From Fimicolochytrium jonesii (Eukaryota), in the NCBI RefSeq assembly GCF_025526975.1, contig NW_026515668.1:2170001-2234000 (forward strand): a stretch of DNA of 64,000 bases, in the 5' to 3' direction. Of this stretch, positions 39,320-52,800 are shown piece by piece. The notes beneath the pieces were generated by a model. The model was not told where the DNA came from, did not search any database, and saw only the letters and a list, made by a program, of their open reading frames with translations. The position numbers and the translations under genes are program-made. The stretch's first letter is position 1, and each line of letters opens with the position of its first letter.

Positions 39320-39714
39320 TGGGGGAGGGATCTGGTAGTATAGTGCAATGGGCGAATGTAGTTCAGTATCTCGGGAAGATTTGGCGATCCGTCGCAATCA
39401 TTCGCCTGACTTTGTCGGAGGGAAAAGTTCACGAATAAAACATGCTGTGACCTCTGTGTATAGGCCTCTTGAGGCAGAGGAATGCGACTTCATTCCTATT
39501 AAACGACCACCTCGGCCCCTGAGGGTGATGCGCACCATCTTTAACAAGTTCAGATATGGGTGTGTTCCAAGAAATGAATCCGGCTATCTACAAATAAATC
39601 ATGTGGCGGATATCATGGCCCTATCATCCAAGTGTATCTACACATCTTCCCAACCTCCCTCAAACGCCCCAACCCCATCCATCCTACATAAATCTATGAC
39701 AACCACCTCCACAT

Positions 39715-42331
39715 CTACAAATACTGCGGATGCACATACGCCAACAAATAAGCCGTACATCTTCGTTCCTCCACCGCCGAGTCGTTGTTCTGGGTGACCA
39801 CCGTGTCGTCGTAGCATGTCCAGGTGCCTTTGCCGCGGTCGTAGACGTCGGTTATGTAATGCCCTGTTACAGGGCCGGATGTGTGAGATGTGTGTAGAGG
39901 AGTATCAAAACTACCCACGTTTACGTCTCCGAGACGTACCTCGAAAAGGCTTGGACCCCAAATGCGACACAATGCTCCTTAGGACGTATTGATTGCGTTT
40001 CACACCCGCTTCCGCCGGCGGTGGCTCGACCGATTGTTGTCTTGCACGGTCCGCGAGGGAAGATGCTGCTGCGTTCATGAGTAAATTGGACGGGGCGAGG
40101 GGAGCTACGTTCTCGTTGTTGAGATGGTGTGGCTCCGGGTCTAAATCTATGATGTGGACCTCGTTTACGGTGTCTGGGGTTTTGACTGATGCGGGACCGG
40201 ATTTGAAACGCCCTGTGCGGGTTGGTTCGGTTAGCCATGCCGGCAGCTGAGGGTTGAACGAAAGGACCCTCAGCAGCCTACCAAAATTGATCTCCGGGGG
40301 GATAACAATGGCATCATTCCTCTTCCTAATTGTAAACGATTTCGGCTCCAAATTGAAGCGTTTCAGATGTATGATGATGACAGGGGGCATCGATTCCAAG
40401 CGGTACGTCTTGGATGCCCTTGCGGCGCCGCAGCGGTCGCATTTCCATTCTACTTCGCCGCCTTTGAAGAAGCTGGTTACGAGGGAGTCGAGGTAGAGTT
40501 CACGGCCGGGGGGCCCGATTAGGTCGAGGGGCATGTTGATGAAGGATTCGGAGCCGTGGGATTTGTTTTGGCAGGAGCGGCATTCTAGGGTTCGCTGCGG
40601 GTGCACAGATGTGTGAGGAGACTAGTTCTGAGGGTCCAACGCAGGGCTGCATTTCCAGCGCCTGATTGTACCTCGGCGTGCCAATCAAACATCGATTCCA
40701 CCGGCGAGCGAGTACCCTTCAGACCAAGCAGGTTGAACTCGGTTTTCATTTGCGATAATATTGCGGTCAGAAACTCTTGCGCATCCTGGAGAAAAGCAGA
40801 AGACGGATATTGTCAATGCCTCCCGTACCCAAGCTGAAAAACAATGAATAGTTGACATACCTCTTGTCGATCCGCGTGAAACTGTTGAATCACATCATGC
40901 AATGTTCGCCGGAGAGGGTTCAAGTGCACTAGTAGATGATCATCCCTCCAATCGAACACATCAGCGACCGCCTTCCAGATGGAGCCAGCTCCAGATGAGG
41001 CTTTCAGCAGCGGTAGAATTGCTTGCTGAAAACAGGCTAAATGGCGGGGTGTTAGGAAGAAGGCCGCAGATGGGGATGATGAAGTGGGACGGCCCGGACA
41101 CACCGGTGCATACCTTTGAAAGGAGAGAAATATAGCATCTGCAGGGTTGCGGCCATGTAGCACGTTTGCCCCGAGTTCTTGATTCCGTCCGACTTGATAG
41201 GAGGGGAGGCGCGGCGCATTTTGGTTTGCCTTACGCTAGGCAGCAGGTCTTCCATCGGTCTCTTTCTGGGCTCTGACCCATAGAATTGCCGGGGTATTTG
41301 TGCGACTAGCGTGCTCAAATCTAAACGCTGTCCGTTAGATTTGCCACCGATGAAATTACGCAATGAAGAAGGGCATACCATCATCGGAATGTGCGGCTTT
41401 GCTAGAGGATTTGTCCAATTGGCTGGTGTCAGACGCATTGGTAGCAGCAGGGGAGCGGCTCTCCTTTATTATTTGCTCCTGCGCTGCGCGAAACGAGTCC
41501 ACTTTCCTTTGTACGGTGTCTCGTGGTATCACCGTTGTGCCTGGTGGCTTGGGGAGAGTCAGTTTGATGGAAATGGGCTTCTTTATTGGAGTAATGTCGG
41601 TGGGCTTTGCGGCCGGCTTTGACAATGGTAGCAGGTGTTGAGCAGCCTTCGGGTCTGAAGATGTTGATGTAGGCAACGACGTGATGGACGGCTTTGCAGG
41701 TAACAGGGAACTAAGGGTGACGATAGGCTTGCCATTAGCTACCGGCGGTGACTCTATCTGCTCGGAGCCGCCAGCTGCTCGAGCAGGAGTTCCGGCTGGC
41801 GATACGAATTCATCTAAGTTGCCTGCGGAATGCGTACGTATCAGTAATTGGATCCAGGATCAGACCTTGTCCATCATCACAACGTACCTGTCCTTTGAAA
41901 GTTCGAGCAAAAGCGATAGAATTTGGACTGTCCCGGATTGTCCGTATGAAACCGGAAAGTGCCGTGCGATTTGAGACGCAGCTGGAAATGATCGCTCGCC
42001 GTATATATTCGCCCCAGAATCTTTGGGGCATGACACTCCCACTTGGTTATGCTTCCTTGGGTCACGAAAAATTCAATTTCACCGCCCCCTGGAGTTCGGG
42101 GGAGGTTCCGTGTCAACCTCGACGTGACAAATGAATAGCGCGATATAGATCCGTATTCGCCATCCTACGGTATATTGACTTACTTTTCCCAAAGAAGGCT
42201 TGGCAGTCTTTCCAGTTCCCAACCTTTTTCCCGACTGTGGGGTCATACTTGACCCATCCTTCGAACACCGGCCCAACTGGTTGAGGCTTCGCTCCTTGTT
42301 CCTTCTCTGCGACGACAGCGTCGCCCACCAT
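39715..42331 (-). CDS. Ubiquitin-specific protease (C19), USP26/29/37-like with N-terminal PH-like region, multi-exon
   Basis: Cys box GIKNSGQTCYMAATLQ, QE/DAQEFL, zinc-finger CxxC pairs (CRSC, CDRC), IIHLKRF and His box SIVSHLG...GHYITDVYD...WTCYDD. Confidence 0.88.
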
Positions 42332-42894
42332 TTGCTCAGTCGGAAGCGGCGACTGAAGGGAAGGTGCCCTCTCCCTGACTCGGAGTCTCAGCGTCCGCGG
42401 GAGCGAGGTCGTGCGACTGGGCGTGCGTGACGGGTGGTGTTAAAAGAACCGCAAGCAAGGCACAACGGACGGTGAACGAAGGCTGTTTTCTGTGGGAGGG
42501 GGCTTGCGTGAGAAAGCACTTGGATATGGGTTTTTGGCGAGCGGGCGGGCGGAAGGGCTCCAATAAAGAAGCCTGCCAAGTACTTGTAAGTAAAGGGAGC
42601 TGTCAAACAGCGCTGAGCGAACGAATGCGAATGCCGCGTGTCCGAACGGAAGGCGTTGGGTGCGCCTGAAGCGGGCGCGGGATGTCCGAACCCATTGCAT
42701 CACATCACACGGTGACTCACGCGGGTGTCCATCAATGCGGTCACTGCGGTGTCCCTCTTGTCCCAAATTGGTCCCAGATTTGCCACTGCAGAAACGGGGC
42801 GTTTGGCCAGCGTGCTGTAGAGAACCATCTACAGAGCGTTGACAGCACTTTCTTGTTTGGTACTCCTGGTCTTTGGGAGTCACGGCGTAACACG

Positions 42895-45622
42895 ATGCAA
42901 GGCGAGCGGGCTACCGTCAGCGCTGCCTTCAAGGCTCATGCTCGGAAGGAGCTCATAGACCTACTCGACTCGGTGGGGCTTTCATTTTTCAATGTTTTGT
43001 CATTTTGGTCTTCCAGCTCTAGCCTTAAGGAAAGGACCCAGACTCCTGACGCTGGCTCGTGTTCTGCAGGTTCGAGGGAAGAAAGGTCTTGTCCTTGACC
43101 CGTCATTGAGTGGTCCTCTGAGTCTGATAGCAGAAGTCTCGCTTCTCAAGGTATGCTCTAGGTCGTCCGCTTCAGCCCAGGGATGGCCAACTCAAACCAT
43201 TGCAGGAACATGGCGTCGACAAGATCTACCACCTATCTGCAGAACCATTCACCACTGACTGCACGAATTTGATCTACATATGTCGTCCCAAACTGGAATA
43301 TGCTCGATGGATAGCAGGTATGCCCGCTACTGAGGTTTTCACTATCATTCGCATTATCGTCCATGTGACCCACAAGACCAGCCCATCTTCAGGCAAATAA
43401 CAAGACCGGCAAGAAGATTTCCTACAGTCTCTTCTTTGTGCCGCGACGAACGCTCCTCTGCGAGCGAGTTTTGGAGGAGGAGGGAGTTTATGGAGAGATC
43501 ACCCTCGGCGAATATCATCTGGATCTGATTGCTTTGGAGGATGATCTGCTGTCACTGGAAAATGGGGCCTCATTTCGAGAGCTGTTTCTGGTGCGCATGC
43601 GAGGTGATCACGCGCTTTACACTATGGATGCCCTACTGAACTGTTGCAATCGACAGGATGGAGATCCTACCGTGGTCTACTCGATGGCGAAGGCTCTGAT
43701 GAAGTTGCAAACGATGTTTGGAATCATACCGCGAATCTGCGGAAAGGGTCAACAAGCGCGGGTACGCAATTCTACGAAAATGTCTTTCCACGTCAAAGTG
43801 CTGATCTTCGAATGGCTCAGGCATTGGCAGATCTGCTACTTCGAATGCGACATGAGCTTGTAGCAAATGCGAGCGACGCATTACAAGGACATATCTTCCC
43901 GGCTCGTTCCGAAATCAATTCGCTCGTCATCATCGACCGAAGCGTGGATTTCGTAACGCCGTTATGCACGCAGTTGACGTATGAAGGACTGGTTGATGAA
44001 GTCATCGGGATTCGCAGCAGTACGTCAGGAGAGATCACGTTGCATTCGAATACCGAGTCGTACAGAATCTAACCTCAAATCTTTCACAGCATTCGTGGAA
44101 GTAGACGCCACAATGGTCGGAGGAGCCCCTCAAGCCACAGGCACCAGCGCCATCTCATCACAAACCGCAAAGACCAAGAAAGTCCCCCTGAACGGATCCG
44201 ATCCGCTGTTCACTCAAATGCGCGACCTCAACTTCGCTGTTGTTGGGGGGCTTCTTAGTCAGATTGCAAGACGGATTCATGACGACTACGAGGTGAGAAT
44301 GAGATTTGCACTGTAGTGATGTTCTTGTGGCTTATTGAAGATATGTCTATTAGGGACGGCATCAAGCCAAGACTGTCACGCAGATCAAGGACTTTATTGG
44401 AAAGCTGGGCAATCTCCAGTCAGAACATCAGTCACTCAGACTCCGTACGTTGGAGATACTGCTAGCTATGAGTTTTGATGCACAATCATACCCTTAGCAG
44501 CTCATGCCCTTTTTCCCATTCAGACACCGGAATAGCCGAGAAGCTGACGACTTTTACGAAGGATAGCGACTTCAATGGCGCTCTGGAAGTCCAGCAAAGT
44601 GAGCCGAGTACCAGTGCATAGCACATTACAAGCTTGCATTTCTGACCATCAGCGCATAGATTTTGTAGCTGGAATCAGCAACAAAACGCACCTCGAATAT
44701 CTCGAAACGATGATTGATAAGCAGGCTTCGCTGGAACATACACTGCGTCTTCTATCCCTGTACTCTTTAGTGGAAGGAGGGATCAAGCCGAAGGTGTATG
44801 ATCAGTTTCGGCGTGATATCGTGCAGGTACTCCTTGAAGAGTTCTGCTGATGTAAACCAGCGAGCGCCAACCGTACTAACTCAATGATCACAGACATACG
44901 GCCACACCCACATCCTGACCCTCCAAAACCTGTCCAAAGCCAACCTCCTCCGCAAACAAGACCCCACCACCCCGCGCAGCCCCTTCCCGCAACTCCGCAA
45001 ACTCCTCCGCCTCATCGTCGACGACGTCAACGAGCACAAACCCAACGATATCTCATACGTCTACTCCGGGTACGCGCCGTTGTCCGTGCGGCTCGTGCAG
45101 GCGGCGTGTTATAAGAATCTCGGTGGGGGGGTTGTTGCGGCGAATTTGCCGGCTGGGCAGCAAAGTGCGAGCAAGAATGTGGGGTGGAAGGGGTGGGAGG
45201 AGGCGCTGAGGTTGGTGCCCGGGCCGACGTTTGATGAGTTGCAGAAGGGGGGGGAGAGGGATGGGGGGAAAGGTAGGCAATCCTTGCGCGCCGGGACCTC
45301 ATGAGTGAGAATCTGGGCAATGTGCTTATGCGGTCTTCCCGAATTTTAGGAAGCAAGGACAAACCGCCATTGACGGTGGTAGTCTTCCTCGGCGGATGCA
45401 CGTATACAGAGGTTGCTGCGATCCGGTTTTTGGCCCAACAGGAAGGTATGCACCCAAAAGATAGGCCCCTAGCATATGAAGGTTGAGGAGGAGATACCTG
45501 ACAGACTTTTCTTTGCAGGACAACGAGAGTTTGTCATCCTGACCACGAACATGGTCAATGGGAACTCGATCATCAAGTCCATGACGGAGGAGTTCAATGC
45601 TGCGGCGTCGCCTAGCGCGTAA
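42895..45622 (+). CDS. VPS33: Sec1/Munc18-family vacuolar sorting protein Vps33, many exons
   Basis: [85 protein letters not shown] and [18 protein letters not shown]. Confidence 0.95.
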
Positions 45623-46072
45623 CGTGGCCTGGCGCTACCGTCAACGATGCAGTCCGTAGATAGATCGCGGGATATTAATGTCTCTCGTCCACTACCTAGG
45701 GTAGCTACACCATGGTAGGCCACAGAAGATCATTCATAATGGACGTTTCAGCGCCCTTGCCCATATGACACCTCGGTGTCGCTCGCAACGTACAGTACTT
45801 GTTTTCGTGTCATTTCACATCTGGCTGTTTTGGCGTCGCGTAGTCATCACTTTCTCCCGATGACACACCGTCTCTTCACAAGCTTTGACATTCGTGGCTT
45901 TCCCGTTGGGTAGAGAAGTGAAGCCAAACATCCTCAAAACACATTGCTTCCCGCACTTCCTCACACAGCGTTTCTCCCGGCTGAGATATGGCACCAGTGG
46001 CACCCCTTGGTGAGACCTCAGGGCAAGTGGCCAATTTGCCGGCCGTGATGATGGGTATTGATCTCCAGCATT

Positions 46073-47038
46073 ATGTCCCTAGAGGTTCCAATAGAACTGA
46101 CGATAGACAGATATTATCTCGGGACTGTGTTAAAAGGTAGCTATCTGCCGTTTAGGGGAGGGGGGGGCCTCCCATAGTTTCCATTTGTGGGTTGCATTGC
46201 CCCTCGAATGCGGTGTATCTCACCGGCCTCGAAATTGGCAGCATTACTCCACTCGGTCCTTTTCCATCGAACCTTCTCCTCCGAGCGTCCCATAGACATA
46301 GACGTCGACTCTCTAAGCGTTACCTACGTAAGCCTTTGGATTTCCTTTAACCGCTTCGAAACTATTACGGGGAACTGAAAGCGGCATCTTTTCCAGGCAC
46401 GGCTGGAAAATGCAGAAGCAGACAGGGCGGTTGAGGAGAAGGTGCGGGATTTTGAGCGGCTTGTGGAGCCTTCGACGGGGCGGAATCGGGGACAGGTGCG
46501 GGAAAGGCTGTTGTTTTGGTGGGAAAATAATAGTGGGTGGAGGGGTTCTGATGCGAGCTGTGGGAACAGATAGCGATGCTGTTCTTTGCACGCCGGCCGA
46601 AGAAATCTTGGTTTACGACGTCGGAGGAGGAAGTTTGTTGGGAGGTAGGGCGGTTCAATCGAAGAGCGAGGCATGCGAGATGGCAAACGGCATATCTCTG
46701 ACATCTGCCTTCTCAGCAATGGGTCATAACAATCATAGTCCGCGATGCGCTCTCCGAGCGAGACCAACTCGCATCCCGCCGCACAATGCAAAACGACCTG
46801 ATCGCGGCGTTGACGACGATATCGCACATCACGAACGAGCAGAAGGATCATATCCCGCCGATTGTTAACAATGATCCGTTTCCGTTTCAGGTTCGTTGAC
46901 CTACCTTCAGTTTGAGGGGACTATGGTGCTGATGTTTGTGGAATGTAGATCGTTGTGTCGCCGCATACAGATGCGTCGTGGGCGTCAATGTTCAAGCAGA
47001 TGATTTCGTCGGGAGGGCCGTGGCTTTCTACGACTTGA
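46073..47038 (+). CDS. ATG101: Autophagy protein Atg101 (HORMA), 6 short exons not captured by the ORF track
   Basis: Manual splicing gives MSLEVPIELTIDRYYLGTVLK / ALLHSVLFHRTFSSERPIDIDVDSLSVTY / ARLENAEADRAVEEKVRDF...GQ / IAMLFFARRPKKSWF...CWE / QWVITI...KDHIPPIVNNDPFPFQ / IVVS...*. Contains the LFHR, WF finger and HIPP motifs. Confidence 0.88.
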
Positions 47039-47234
47039 CAATGGGGTCTGCAGATTCGTTCTTTGTATATATGATGCGTGTAGATGATGTACAGTACATA
47101 TGTAAATTCTTGATCGGGGTTCAGTCAGCTCTGGCGGGCCTCTCCCAAACAAACGCCGCTGTTCCACAACTACGGGCCTCATCTGGATCCGATTTTCGAA
47201 GGAGCCGTCTACGTAGACAACGGTCTTCCAACCT

Positions 47235-49421
47235 CTACAATATGTCGTCCTTCTGAGGATCCGGCGCATTCTCCGTCACCAGAAAGCCCTGGGCCGTCTT
47301 CCAACTTGCCGCAGGGCCCGCCAATGAATCTTCCAGATTCAGCTCAGTCCATTTCGGCAGAGACAGCACATCCACCTTCTCATCGCTCTTCAATATTCTG
47401 AATCCCCGTTCAACATCGCCCCTACCCACCACCGCCGTCCCCTTCCACACGGCGCCAGTTTCCGAAACCGTGTTGACTTCGTCGATCAGCCCCAGCTTGG
47501 CCGCCTCGCGGAGGTACGCGACACATTCGTCGTTCATGGGTGCGTCGGCAGCCTGGTTCCACACGCTTCGGACGAGACCGTTATAGACGAACAAGTCAGG
47601 TACGTGGCCTCGGCTTTTGTACTCTTCAAACGTCTTACGCGCCATGGCGGCATTGGAAGTGCGGGCGTACAGGACGAACAGCGCGCGGTACGCAAACACG
47701 TCTTCCATGTTTCTTCTTCCTTTGAAATGTTCATCCCATAGCGCCTCAGCTTCGACCTGCTTCTTCAGCCGGCATAGACTGTTCAACTCGATCTTGATGA
47801 GGTCGGTGGACAAGCTGAAGGTCTGCGGGTGCTTCTTGCACAGGTCACGGTATTCGTTGCAGATGCGTGCGGTTTGCGCATCGGCTTTCGCGTCGGCCAA
47901 GCCTTTTATAACCCCTCTGTAGAGAAGCTTCGACGTGACGCCTCCGGCGGCGGTGACGTGTTCGCGAAAGGATGTTGGCCAGAGCTCGAGGACGGTGCTG
48001 AGAGCAGCGTAGGTTGGTCGAATGGGCTTGGTTGATTTCGCACGCAGGAGGGACAGGTAGATGGCCATTCCACCGCGCGCGTCACGCAACTGCCCCATTG
48101 CGGCGATGGCCTTGTTGTAAACGTTAACGTGCCGGTGCAGGTCGTAGGTTTCCATTTCCCTATAGTATTCGATAACTTTCGCCGGATTTTTGGCGATGTG
48201 GTAACCGTGGATAATGGACTGATACGCTCTGGAGGATCGCGGAAGACCGTGTCTTAATCTCTGCTCGTTGAGGGCCAGCGCTTCGACCATGTTTGGGGAG
48301 TACACCGCGAAATGCCGAACAAGGACGTCGTATGTGGTGGCGTTAGGCACTATTCTGTACTTTTGGCCCAATTTCAGACATCGCTGGAATCGCGCCGAGT
48401 CCTTCTCTGTGGAGAATTGTTGGAGCAAAGAATTGTAGACGCCCGTCAAACTTTCATCGGGTTCTCGGATGCCTTCCAGGGACTTTTCAAGCTCCTCCAA
48501 TGCTATTTTTGGTTCGCCCTTGGCGCGCGCGTTCAGTAGTATTGCCTGTGCATATTGCACAACCCATCCCCTTGCTTCCGCCTTGTCAAGAACTTCCCGC
48601 ACCTTATCGACCCGACCTGCTCTGGCGTATGTGGAAGCCATCGTTGCATAAATTCCAGGCGTGAAAAGAACTCCGTTCTGCTGCATGACCTCCAAAATGC
48701 CTTCCATGGCGGTGACAGTGCGCGCCGCCTTTTCCCCCCGCTCGCCGGGCTTTTGGTCCATAGGGCGATAATTAGTGTCACGAATCAGCTTGATGAGATT
48801 GCCGTAATCTCGCCATCCTAGGCCAGTCAGCGCACCAGCATTTGCCATGGACCAAAAAATCCGGATCGCATCTGCCGTATGCTCCAGTCTCACTGCTGAT
48901 CTGAAGTCTCCGATAGTCAATGCCGGCCCGCCCCTGGACAACGAGTCCAGGCTGCCGTTGCGCGTTTCCTCAGGATCTTCGTTACCAGCTATGACTTTGC
49001 GCAACCAGTTTTCCTTTTTCATCCGCATGTTCGATCTCGTCTGGGACGGTGATGCCTTCTTCGCGGATGGCTTCTCTGAAAGCTTGGTGGTTTGCACCTC
49101 GGATTGCGACGAGCTCTGGGGTGGAGTGCTTTCCGTTTTGCCAGGCAGATGTTGCTTGGAGGGCGATTGGAGAGCCCCGGTGATCCCAGACTCCTTGTTC
49201 TCAGCAGGTACTGCAGGTGCTACCGGTTCTGCAGACGTAGCGTCTACGGGTCCGTCTCTGTCTTCGTCCGCGTTAAGGACTCCAGACTCTGGAACGGTGT
49301 GCTGCAGGCGAATAAGGAGAGGAGATCCCGGATCCCGCGCCATCTGAGACATAGCAAGTGGTCGTTTTCCTGAAGCAGTCAATGCTCGTCGGCACGAGTT
49401 CTTGCATAACGAGCGAAGCAT
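47235..49421 (-). CDS. Pentatricopeptide-repeat (PPR) protein, probably mitochondrial, single exon
   Basis: Arg-rich presequence-like start MLRSLCKNSCRRAL and ~35-aa helical repeats (IYATMASTYARAG, VYNSLLQQF, TYDVLVRHF, AYQSIIHGY, VYNKAIAAMG, PDLFVYNGLVR). Confidence 0.85.
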   Translation of the reverse strand: MLRSLCKNSCRRALTASGKRPLAMSQMARDPGSPLLIRLQHTVPESGVLNADEDRDGPVDATSAEPVAPAVPAENKESGITGALQSPSKQHLPGKTESTPPQSSSQSEVQTTKLSEKPSAKKASPSQTRSNMRMKKENWLRKVIAGNEDPEETRNGSLDSLSRGGPALTIGDFRSAVRLEHTADAIRIFWSMANAGALTGLGWRDYGNLIKLIRDTNYRPMDQKPGERGEKAARTVTAMEGILEVMQQNGVLFTPGIYATMASTYARAGRVDKVREVLDKAEARGWVVQYAQAILLNARAKGEPKIALEELEKSLEGIREPDESLTGVYNSLLQQFSTEKDSARFQRCLKLGQKYRIVPNATTYDVLVRHFAVYSPNMVEALALNEQRLRHGLPRSSRAYQSIIHGYHIAKNPAKVIEYYREMETYDLHRHVNVYNKAIAAMGQLRDARGGMAIYLSLLRAKSTKPIRPTYAALSTVLELWPTSFREHVTAAGGVTSKLLYRGVIKGLADAKADAQTARICNEYRDLCKKHPQTFSLSTDLIKIELNSLCRLKKQVEAEALWDEHFKGRRNMEDVFAYRALFVLYARTSNAAMARKTFEEYKSRGHVPDLFVYNGLVRSVWNQAADAPMNDECVAYLREAAKLGLIDEVNTVSETGAVWKGTAVVGRGDVERGFRILKSDEKVDVLSLPKWTELNLEDSLAGPAASWKTAQGFLVTENAPDPQKDDIL

Positions 49422-49814
49422 GTTTGCGGTTTGAGTCGTCTGGCTGAAGACCAAGCTCTGAGATGGCCCTTGTCGCTGTGGATAGAATAGAGGGAAACGC
49501 CATCATTGAGGCGGGGGAGACGCGGACGGCTCTGTGGCGCACGGCGTGGCGTGGGTGGCTTGGGCTGGCTGTTGTTAGAGACTGCTGCGAACGGATACCA
49601 AACGCTCGCCCTCGCAAGACTCTCCCCTTCCAGCACCGAGAGTCATTCCGTAAAGACGTCCTTTCCTTCGTTTTTACCGTATCACTCCGCAAGGGCTAGC
49701 TGGGAGACTGCCCACTCGACGGGAAGCCCTGTATCGAAAGCTCGCAACTTAACTTTCCACTCTCGAGACAACTTCGTCCTTCTGCTCAAAGGCCAACCCA
49801 CTCACCAAAACCCC

Positions 49815-52800
49815 ATGCGAAGCTTGTGCCTCTTGCGCGAAGCGCACGCGGAGCTCTTTCCTGGCGATGACCTGGTAGCGGAGGACGACGGCCGCAGGCG
49901 GCAGCCGCAACGCTCGCTAGTCACCGTTGATACCGACACCACGACCGTGTATTGCGCGGTAAACTCGACGAGCACTTTTTGTACGATATACAGCATAGGC
50001 TCCGACAATAACGTCGCGGAGTTTGCGACGCTTCCCAACCCCGATCTCGACTTGTCGGGTTCCTGTGAGGTTGTTGGCCTCCAATATCTGCCTGAACTAC
50101 AAGCACTATGTCTAGCCTTGGGTGGGGGAGATCTGGTCGTCATACGGAACGAAGGGAGCGTGGAACCACAACACGAAGTCATGGGTTCTATCGACGCCGG
50201 GATACTCTGCATGGAGTGGAGTCCAGATCAGGAACTGGTGGTGATCATCACTGGAACCGGAACCCTGCTCGAAATGACGAAAGACTTTGAGGTCATCACA
50301 GAAGTGCCCATCCATGTCGAGGCCACTGGCGAGGCTTCTCATGTCAGCGTAGGATGGGGTCGCAAAGAGACACAATTTCATGGTTCAGAGGGCAAGCACG
50401 CCGCTTTGCGCAAAGACGAACCCGCTCCAGGCACAGCTCGCTTGTCCTCTGATGATGACTTAAGACCCAGACTGTCATGGCGAGGGGATGGTCAATATTT
50501 CGCATGTTCAGCCGTTGATCCAAATGGCGAGAAGCGGGTAATCCGAGTATATGACAGGGAGTGCGCGCTCCAGTACACGAGCGAAAACGTTGCACAGTTG
50601 GAGCATGGCTTAAATTGGCGGCCGTCTGGAAACTTGATTGCGTCAAGTCAAAAGCTCCCTCACAGGCACGATATCGTGTTCTTCGAAAAAAACGGGTTAC
50701 GGCATGGCGAATTTCAACTGCGCAGTAGCGACGCAGTTGTCGTGGACATGGCATGGAACGCCGACTCTTCGGTACTCGCAATTTGGCTGGAGTCTCGTGG
50801 CGCCGCTGGAGAGGATCTCTCGTCAAGCGTTCAATTATGGACGATGAACAACTATTATTGGTATCTGAAGCAAGAGATTAGACCGCGAAGTACCGACAAA
50901 GTCTCGGGATTCGCATGGGATCCTGAAAATGCGCTCAGAGTACACGTCCTGACGAGTAAAGGCTCGTATCTCAGGTACGACTACTGCACGGATCAGTTCG
51001 TGTCCTCATCGCTGAACCATGAGAATCCTGCAACGGTGGCGGTCATCGATGGGGCATCGGTTCTCCTCACGCCATTCAAGCACTTGAATGTGCCGCCGCC
51101 TATGAGCGCCTTGAAGGTGACTCTGCCGGCTCCCGCGGCGCATGTCAGCTTCGGACCGGGGAACGCTGGAGACGATTTGGTTGTGCTTCTTTGCGATTAC
51201 ACTGTGCAGCTGTATAGCAGCGCCAGTCTGAGGAAGCCGGTGAAGACTCCCCAGCTAGTCGGCTCGACAAGGCTGCCGACCGCTCACGGAGAGTCTTATC
51301 GTCAAATAGCCTGGATAAGCTCTCACGTCATCGCAACCATCGCCTACAACGCGGAAACCAATGAAGACAGCGTCGCCATTTTCGACTTGAACTCAACGAC
51401 GTACGAATTGGCTAGCAGGAAGACGGCGAAGGTGATTCACGGCAGCCGTTCACTGTGCCGACTGCAGTACAACATCCTATTGCAGACCTTACTGGTCGAA
51501 GCTGTGGACGGGAAAACCGCACAAGTGTCGATAGATTCAGATGAGCCGTCGATACTATTTCGTGAGGGATTTCCGACACAGTGTCCCTGGATATCCGCAG
51601 TGCAGCTTCGCCCGCCAACCGGTACCCCGACCCGGTTGTTCATTGGACTGAGCGAGCGGAACAAGCTCTATGCCGGGGATCGGCTGATATCCTCAGATTG
51701 CACGTCATTTTTCGTGCACAACGATTTTCTTATCCTGACAACATTCACCCACACCGCACGCTTCATATCCCTCCACGTGTCCCCCGAAGATTTCAAACTG
51801 CCCGAAATCTCCTCCTCTCCTTTCGATGAACACATCCGACGCGTGGAACGTGGATCAAAGATTGTCATCGCGGCGCCGGCGGATGTGTCGCTCGTTCTGC
51901 AGATGCCTCGAGGAAATCTCGAGACGGTATATCCCCGTGCTCTGGTGCTTGCCGCTGTCAGGCAGGCGCTGGACCGCAAGGATTACAAGACGGCGTTCAT
52001 ACAGTGCCGGAAGCACAGGATCGATATGAACTTGATTGTTGATCATGGCTCCACGGCTTTTACGGAAAATGTTCTCGAGTTCGTAAAGCAGGTGGAGGAC
52101 CCGGAGTTTCTCAACCTGTTCATCTCAGGATTAAGAGATGAGGACGTCACCATCACCATGTACGCCGGCTCCAGCGCCGCAGCCGCGACTCCCGTCAAGC
52201 ACGTCCCACGCGGCACAGTCAGACCCGGCGCCATGGTCGGCAAAGTCAACAAAATCTGCGACACAACCCGGCAAGCGCTCGAAACCGTCGACCCTAAACG
52301 CTACCTCCAATCCATCCTCACCACGGATGTCAAGAAATCCCCCCCGGATCTCGAAACCGCCATGCAACGCATCATGCAGGTCAAAAAGCAGGAATCGTCC
52401 GAAGCTGCCGACGTTGCCCTCAAATACGTTATTTTCTTGGCGGATGTGGATAAGCTGTACGATGTCGCATTGGGGATGTATGATTTCCCGTTAACGTTGA
52501 TGGTCGCGCAGCACTCGCAGAAGGATCCGAGGGAGTACCTTCCGTTCCTCTCTGGGCTGCAGAAACTGGAACCGCATTACCAGCGTTATATGATTGACGA
52601 CCATCTTGGAAAGCGGGCGAAGGCACTTGGACACCTCAGTTTAGCTGGTGAACAGTACTACAAAGACTGTTTGGCGTACATGGATAAACACAACCTCTAT
52701 AACGCCGCCATGACCATCTACAGAGACCAGGATGTCAAGTACAGACAGGTGGTCAAGCTGTATGCGGATGAGATGGCACAGCGGTCCGAGTGGGAGAATG

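Noticed and set aside
49506..49814. Extended ELP1 N-terminus from the TTG start in the ORF track
   Set aside because: ELP1 homology starts at MRSL (49815). The extension spans the divergent promoter.
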